Assembly: GCA_902784615.1 (NCBI GenBank)
Contig: CACZVN010000002.1
Span: forward strand, 31,321 to 95,320
From: an uncultured Prevotellaceae bacterium
GTDB lineage: Bacteria; Bacteroidota; Bacteroidia; Bacteroidales; Bacteroidaceae
Direction of reading: 5' to 3'
DNA: 64,000 nt
The position numbers were made by a program, and so were the translations under genes. Under the pieces are notes generated by a model, which did not search any database, was not told where the DNA came from, and saw only the letters and a program-made list of their open reading frames with translations. Positions 58,461 through 64,000 of the stretch are shown here, piece by piece (the stretch's first letter is position 1; every line of letters starts with the position of its first letter).

Positions 58461-59807
58461 ATGGACTGGTTGAATGACTTTCTGACAGAGTTGAGTGGAC
58501 TGTTGTGGGGATGGCCGATGATTATCCTGTTATTAGGTACGCATTTGTTTCTGACGATCCGTCTGCGTTTTCCGCAACGGCATATCTTCAAGGCCATCCG
58601 CCTGTCAGTGAAGAAGGATCCTGATGCCACTGGCGACGTGTCGCAGTTCGGCTCGCTGGCCACGGCCCTGGCTGCCACCATTGGCACGGGCAACATCATC
58701 GGTGTGGCCACCGCCATCGCCCTCGGCGGCCCTGGAGCCGTCCTCTGGTGCTGGCTGACGGGTGTCTTCGGCATCTCCACCAAGTATGCCGAAGGGCTGC
58801 TCGCCATCAAATACCGTGTAAAAACGGAAAGCGGAAAGATGCTGGGTGGTCCGATGTATGCATTGGAACGCGGACTGGGCTGGAAATGGCTGGCCGTACT
58901 CTTTGCCGTCTTCACGGCCTTGGCGGCCTTCGGTATCGGCAACACGGTACAGGCGAATGCCATTGCCACCGTCACCTTCGAGTCGTATGGCATCTCTCCT
59001 TATCTGACGGGCGCGTTTGTCTGTCTGTTAACGGGGGCCGTCATCCTGGGTGGCGTGAAGAGCATCGCCCGTGTATGCAGTATGCTCGTACCTTTCATGG
59101 CAGCCTTCTACGTCATGGGTTGTATCTATATCCTCTGTGTCAATGCTGAATATCTGTGGCCTGCCTTGAAACTGATCTGTCGCGCGGCTTTCTCACCAGA
59201 GGCAGCAGGTGGAGGCTTCATAGGCTCCACGGTGATGATGGCCGCCCGCTTCGGTATTGCCCGTGGTCTCTTCTCCAACGAGAGCGGTATGGGTTCGGCA
59301 CCCATCGTGGCAGCCGCCGCCCAAACCAGGAACCCCGTGCGCCAGGCCCTCGTCTCGTCGAGTGGTACGTTCTGGGACACTGTGGTCATCTGCGCCCTCA
59401 CAGGACTGGTCATCGTGAGCAGTGTCATTGCCTACCCCGATATCGACTTCTCCAACGGGGCCACCCTGACAAAGGATGCCTTTGCGAAGATCCCCGTCAT
59501 CGGTCGTCCGCTGCTGACCTTCGGACTGCTCACCTTTGCCTTCTCCACCATTCTCGGCTGGTGCTACTACGGCGAGCGGGCTGTGGAATATCTGAAGGGA
59601 AAGAATTGGGTGGTTGGCTATCGTGTCATATATATTGTAGCCGTGTTTCTGGGCAGTGTAATGAACCTGGCGCTGGTATGGAACATGGCTGACTGCATGA
59701 ACGCACTGATGGCGATACCAAACTTGATATCGCTACTCTTCCTCAGCGGCGTCCTTGTGCATGAGACAAGGAAATACCTCTGGAGCAACAGACTGGATGA
59801 TTATTAA
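58461..59807 (+). CDS. Alanine/glycine:cation symporter (AGCS family)
   Basis: ATIGTGNI.GVA, GGPGA, GGPMY, FSNESGMGS and MAIPNL motifs. Confidence 0.94.
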   Translation: MDWLNDFLTELSGLLWGWPMIILLLGTHLFLTIRLRFPQRHIFKAIRLSVKKDPDATGDVSQFGSLATALAATIGTGNIIGVATAIALGGPGAVLWCWLTGVFGISTKYAEGLLAIKYRVKTESGKMLGGPMYALERGLGWKWLAVLFAVFTALAAFGIGNTVQANAIATVTFESYGISPYLTGAFVCLLTGAVILGGVKSIARVCSMLVPFMAAFYVMGCIYILCVNAEYLWPALKLICRAAFSPEAAGGGFIGSTVMMAARFGIARGLFSNESGMGSAPIVAAAAQTRNPVRQALVSSSGTFWDTVVICALTGLVIVSSVIAYPDIDFSNGATLTKDAFAKIPVIGRPLLTFGLLTFAFSTILGWCYYGERAVEYLKGKNWVVGYRVIYIVAVFLGSVMNLALVWNMADCMNALMAIPNLISLLFLSGVLVHETRKYLWSNRLDDY

Positions 59808-60580
59808 CGGACGGGAAGGGTAAACTCCATGCGCGTACCCTTCGTATAGGTATTGTCCCAACGCAGATAGCCATCAATCTTCATGGCCAGTTTGTGGGCG
59901 ATGGTGAGTTCAAACTCCGTCTCCTCGTCTTTGGCATCATCAGTCGTTTCAGTCCACTGGAACAGAGCAGAACGACGCTCTACAGGAATACCGCCACCCG
60001 TATCCTCAACAAAGAATGTGATTGCACGACGTGTCTCATCCTTTGAGCAACCGACGGCAATCTCACCCTTCTGTGTGAACTTACAGGCAATATGCACGAG
60101 TTTGTTGAGTACCAATTCTACAATATGACGGTCTGCCGAGACGAATTGTTCATCACCCATATTATGACGGAACAGTAATCTGACACCTTGTTTAACCTGC
60201 TGCAGGTTGGCATCAATACAACGCTGACAGATACGGTTCGGACTGAAGCGCTCATCCACCAACTGGTGACCTGTGCTGCCATCCTCTGAATAAATGGACA
60301 CCTCGTCGAGCAATGTCGAGATCAGATTGGCATTATACTTGATCTGGCTACTGATGTTCTTCTTCTCCTCCTTCGACAGATACAGGTCATCCTTTGAAAT
60401 AATCTCCGCCAAACCGGAAACAGAGTGCAAGGGAGTCCTGATCTCACGTGCCAGCGCCTTGATAAACGCTGATTTCTTCTTGTCAGAATTACGACATTCT
60501 GACAACTGTGTCTGCTGACTCTTCAAACGATAAGCAAGTATCAGACAAACGATAATAAGTACGATAATTGCGATCCACAT
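59804..60580 (-). CDS. Degenerate (pseudo) histidine kinase with a single TM
   Basis: H-box reads AREIRTPL (no His); HATPase-like KFTQKGEI and VEDTGGGI motifs are present. Confidence 0.8.
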   Translation of the reverse strand: MWIAIIVLIIVCLILAYRLKSQQTQLSECRNSDKKKSAFIKALAREIRTPLHSVSGLAEIISKDDLYLSKEEKKNISSQIKYNANLISTLLDEVSIYSEDGSTGHQLVDERFSPNRICQRCIDANLQQVKQGVRLLFRHNMGDEQFVSADRHIVELVLNKLVHIACKFTQKGEIAVGCSKDETRRAITFFVEDTGGGIPVERRSALFQWTETTDDAKDEETEFELTIAHKLAMKIDGYLRWDNTYTKGTRMEFTLPVR

Positions 60581-60680
60581 ATCCAGTCAAACCTCCTCTC
60601 TTATGATGACTATGAACTGCAAAAATAAGCAAACTATTCTAAAATCGCAAACTTTTATGGAAAAATTTGCGAAAAAATCG

Positions 60681-61361
60681 TCAATTATTAACGATGGCGA
60701 CAACTGTCAGGGTCAGCCCCACCACCTGAAAGCGGATATCGAAGTCGAGGAAGGGCATCCCATAGATGCGCTGTGGATCGTTATGATAACGTGGACGGGG
60801 ATCCTGTGCCAATACGGCCTTGAGGACATCCAACTGGTCGGCAGGCACGCTGGCAGCGAGGCTGTCAGGGATCTCCACCTGCAGGGGCTGCCAGGCTGTC
60901 TGATCGACGAACCCGCTACGGGCATCAGCATGGGCATCAGCGTATGCCACGTAGGGTTTGATATCGTAGATGGGTGTACCGTCCATCAGGTCAGCACCTT
61001 TGACAAAGATGACAGGACCCTCGTGTCCATCATTCTCCACATGGTCCAATCGCACACAGGAGAGACCCAGGGGATTCGGACGGAAGGGAGAGCGCGTGGC
61101 GAAGACACCCATCCGGCGGTTGCCTCCCAAACGAGGCGGACGAACGGTAAGCGATGCCTCATTCGACGGAGGATTGGCGGAAAAGCCCCAAATCAGCCAG
61201 AGATAGTCAAAGTCCTCCAATCCCCTGAGGGCCTCCGCCTGACGGAAAGACGGCTCCAGAACGATCCGTCCCGTCAGTTCACTGACGAGTCCGCTCTGCC
61301 TCGGAATGCCGAATTTCGACTTCAGCGGAGAATGGAAAAAGGCTATCGGATGTATCTCCAT
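60681..61361 (-). CDS. trmO: tRNA m6t6A37 methyltransferase TrmO/TsaA
   Basis: KFGIPRQ, VRPPRLGG, GVFATRSPFRPNPLG, DGTPIYDIKPY and QDPRP motifs. Confidence 0.94.
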   Translation of the reverse strand: MEIHPIAFFHSPLKSKFGIPRQSGLVSELTGRIVLEPSFRQAEALRGLEDFDYLWLIWGFSANPPSNEASLTVRPPRLGGNRRMGVFATRSPFRPNPLGLSCVRLDHVENDGHEGPVIFVKGADLMDGTPIYDIKPYVAYADAHADARSGFVDQTAWQPLQVEIPDSLAASVPADQLDVLKAVLAQDPRPRYHNDPQRIYGMPFLDFDIRFQVVGLTLTVVAIVNN

Positions 61362-61478
61362 CGGGTGCGAAGTTACAATGAAGTCAGCAAAAAAACAAAA
61401 TAAATGATAAAAAATTTGTTTTTTTTCGGATTATTACGTATTTTTGCAAAAGAATCATCAACTACGCGAATACTAAAA

Positions 61479-63221
61479 ATGAGACGGGTACTTCTCCTAT
61501 TGGCCTTGACACTCTGCGCCGCCTTCTGCGTCGCAGCAGACCCGGACTATACAACCAGCAAGGAATACCTTGCCCTTCGCGACTCCATGCACCATGCCTT
61601 CAACGACGGCGACAGTGCCAGGTTCTTCCCTGCCGTGAAAGAACTTCAGGACTATCTGCTCAAGCAAAACGACCTTCATGCCTATTACACCCAGCGCTGC
61701 AACGAGATGGTATTCCTGATGAACCAGCAGAAGATCTTCGAGGCTTACATGAAAGGACGTGAACTGTCTATAGAACTGAGCGAGAAGAAGCAAGAGAAGG
61801 AGATGTACATGCTCTACAACATGCTCGGCCATATCAACCGTATCTGTGGCAACAAGAAAGCCGCCAGACGTAACTTCACAAGGGCCCTTGATCTGATGGA
61901 AGAGCAAGGTTACTACGAGAACATGCCCCCTATCTACATGAACCTCGTCGATGTGGAGTTGGACGACAACCCGAAGAAAGCGATGGAACTGCTCGACAAG
62001 GCCGAGGAGATTGCTAAGAAATACTCACCAGTACGGGTCTTCGACATCGAGACGCGTCGTGCCCTCACCTACTACAATTCCGGCGATATCCCCAAGTTCC
62101 TTGAAGGCTACAAGGCCTATCGGCAGGGTGTAGAGGAAGGCAAGAGCTCTGTCCATGGACGAACGATGGAAGTCTATTACCTCGCCTCACAGGGAGAATA
62201 TGACAAGGCCATCGAACTGGCCAGGGAGGAACTCGACGATAGCGAAGATATCATTACCCAGATCTATGAGAAGGCCGGCCGTTGGAAGGAGGCCTACGAA
62301 AGTATGCGCAAGGCCTATAATGCCAAAGACTCCGTGAACAATGTCGCCTTGGCCAACAGTATGATGGGTATTCGCGACCAGTTGGCCATCAATGACATGG
62401 AAAGCAAATCGACGCGCAACCGCATCATCGCCCTCACCGTCGGTTTCGTCCTGCTTGCACTGCTGGTCTTCGCACAGGTGTATATAGTACATTCACGTCG
62501 CAAGCACCTGACAGAACTGAAGAAAGCCTATCAGCGTGCTACAGAGTCGGAGAAGATGAAGGCCGCCTTCATTCAGAATGTCAGCCACGAGGTGCGCACG
62601 CCCCTCAACATCATCAGCGGTTTCTCACAGGTCATCGCTAATCCGGAACTGACACACAGCGTGGAGGAGCGCCAGCACATGTCGGAGATGATGCAGAAGA
62701 GCGCCCGTCAGGTGACCACGCTGATCGACGAGATCATCGGCCTCTCGCTCATCGAGTCCACGGAGAAGATGAGAAGAGACGACACCCCCTCTGTCAACAG
62801 GATGCTGCGGCAGACGATACAGGAGTATGAGAGCTATGTCAAGAAAAATATAACCCTGCGGATGGATTCTGAGTTGGATGACGACTTCACGATCAAGACC
62901 AACGAGAACATGCTGAAGCGCATCGTCTCTGCCCTGACAGAGAATGCAGCCAAATATACAGAGAAGGGAAGCATTCTGGTGAAAGCCACTAAGAACGACG
63001 AGCAACTATCCATCATCGTCGAGGATACAGGTTGTGGCATTCCTGAGAAAGAAGCCGAACATATCTTCGACCGCTTCGTGAAACTCGACTCCTTCAAGGA
63101 GGGTATCGGTCTGGGTCTGCCGCTGAGCCGCAAACTCGCAGAACAGCTGGGTGGCACCGTCACGCTCGACACGACCTACAAGGAAGGTGCACGGTTTGTT
63201 GTGACATTACCTATTTTATAA
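61479..63221 (+). CDS. Sensor histidine kinase with a helical/TPR-like periplasmic domain
   Basis: Signal peptide, TM, SHEVRTPL, ENAAKYT, DTGCGI and GIGLGL motifs. Confidence 0.92.
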   Translation: MRRVLLLLALTLCAAFCVAADPDYTTSKEYLALRDSMHHAFNDGDSARFFPAVKELQDYLLKQNDLHAYYTQRCNEMVFLMNQQKIFEAYMKGRELSIELSEKKQEKEMYMLYNMLGHINRICGNKKAARRNFTRALDLMEEQGYYENMPPIYMNLVDVELDDNPKKAMELLDKAEEIAKKYSPVRVFDIETRRALTYYNSGDIPKFLEGYKAYRQGVEEGKSSVHGRTMEVYYLASQGEYDKAIELAREELDDSEDIITQIYEKAGRWKEAYESMRKAYNAKDSVNNVALANSMMGIRDQLAINDMESKSTRNRIIALTVGFVLLALLVFAQVYIVHSRRKHLTELKKAYQRATESEKMKAAFIQNVSHEVRTPLNIISGFSQVIANPELTHSVEERQHMSEMMQKSARQVTTLIDEIIGLSLIESTEKMRRDDTPSVNRMLRQTIQEYESYVKKNITLRMDSELDDDFTIKTNENMLKRIVSALTENAAKYTEKGSILVKATKNDEQLSIIVEDTGCGIPEKEAEHIFDRFVKLDSFKEGIGLGLPLSRKLAEQLGGTVTLDTTYKEGARFVVTLPIL

Positions 63222-63229
63222 ATATCATC

Positions 63230-63964
63230 ATGAGAAAATCAATCTGTACGATGGTACTCGCCAGCCTGACGGCCATCGGATGTTACGCTGCACAGAAGGT
63301 GGATGAGTTCACCACTAAGAGCGGCAAGAAAGTGACCATCACGTGCATCAAGCACGCCAGCATGGAAATCAACTACGACGGTGTGGAGATCCAGGTGGAT
63401 CCCGTGGGCTTGTGGGTCAAGCCTGAGACCGACTACGCCGCCTTCCCCAAGGCCAACATCATCCTGATCACCCACGAGCACAAGGATCACTTCGACCGTG
63501 AGGCCATCCACGAAATCCGTACGCCGGCTACGTCGATCTACGTGAACCAGGCCGTCTTCGGACATTTCAAGAACGGATTGGTCATGCGCAACGGAGACAA
63601 GGTGCAGTACGCCGCCGATATCTCCATCGAGGCCGTGCCTGCCTATAACACCACGCCCGACCATCAGCAGTTCCACCCCAAGGGCCGCGACAACGGCTAT
63701 ATCCTCACCCTCGACGACCTGCGCATCTACATCGCTGGCGATACGGAGGATATCCCCGAGATGGCCGACCTGAAGGATATCGACATTGCCTTCCTGCCCT
63801 GTAACCAGCCTTACACGATGACCATCGATCAGTGTGTCAACGCTGCAAGGATCATTAAGCCGAAGATCCTCTTCCCCTACCACTATAACGACACGCCTGT
63901 CTTAAAGATCGCCATGCAGTTGGCCAAAGACGGTATTGAGGTAAGGGTCAGAGACTACAAATAA
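63230..63964 (+). CDS. Secreted MBL-fold metallo-hydrolase
   Basis: THEHKDH, YIAGDT and PYHY motifs; signal peptide. Confidence 0.88.
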   Translation: MRKSICTMVLASLTAIGCYAAQKVDEFTTKSGKKVTITCIKHASMEINYDGVEIQVDPVGLWVKPETDYAAFPKANIILITHEHKDHFDREAIHEIRTPATSIYVNQAVFGHFKNGLVMRNGDKVQYAADISIEAVPAYNTTPDHQQFHPKGRDNGYILTLDDLRIYIAGDTEDIPEMADLKDIDIAFLPCNQPYTMTIDQCVNAARIIKPKILFPYHYNDTPVLKIAMQLAKDGIEVRVRDYK

Positions 63965-63970
63965 ACAAAA

Positions 63971-63994
63971 AATCCCAGCCGATTGGCTGGGATT
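63971..63994. terminator. Hairpin, probable terminator
   Basis: aatcccagcc-gatt-ggctgggatt. Confidence 0.65.
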
Positions 63995-64000
63995 ATTCAT

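Overview
Chromosomal housekeeping window from a Bacteroidales bacterium, most likely Prevotella-like. The assignment rests on the recurring TAnnTTTG -7 promoter boxes, the lack of obvious Shine-Dalgarno sites, a T9SS-type C-terminus and the gene families present. It encodes an RND efflux pair, sstT, a heavy-metal P-type ATPase, an SSS transporter plus porin, a secreted CE7 esterase, tRNA-Arg(CCG), an SLBB export protein, pepT, lptD, a carboxylase/decarboxylase subunit, rplY-pth-hslR-antiporter-yhhQ-queF, nusB-yajC-coaE, two MBOAT/SGNH-like pairs, aroB, a menaquinone operon, lysS-gpsA-pgi, and two histidine kinases around trmO. I found no integrase, transposase, phage gene or CRISPR array. The most unusual signals are: (1) a two-unit palindromic GGGACAGTCCC repeat element sitting in frame inside both menE and menC and read in different frames; (2) three tandem ROK paralogs that have all lost the ATP-binding motifs but keep the Zn/sugar site and share an EYSLFK tail, heading the men operon; (3) a histidine kinase lacking its phospho-His, near an intact orphan kinase; (4) a preQ1-I-like riboswitch inside an operon and abutting a start codon; (5) heptamer repeats and a perfect 36-bp palindrome inside coding sequence. 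All product calls come from recognising motifs by eye; no database searches were run.
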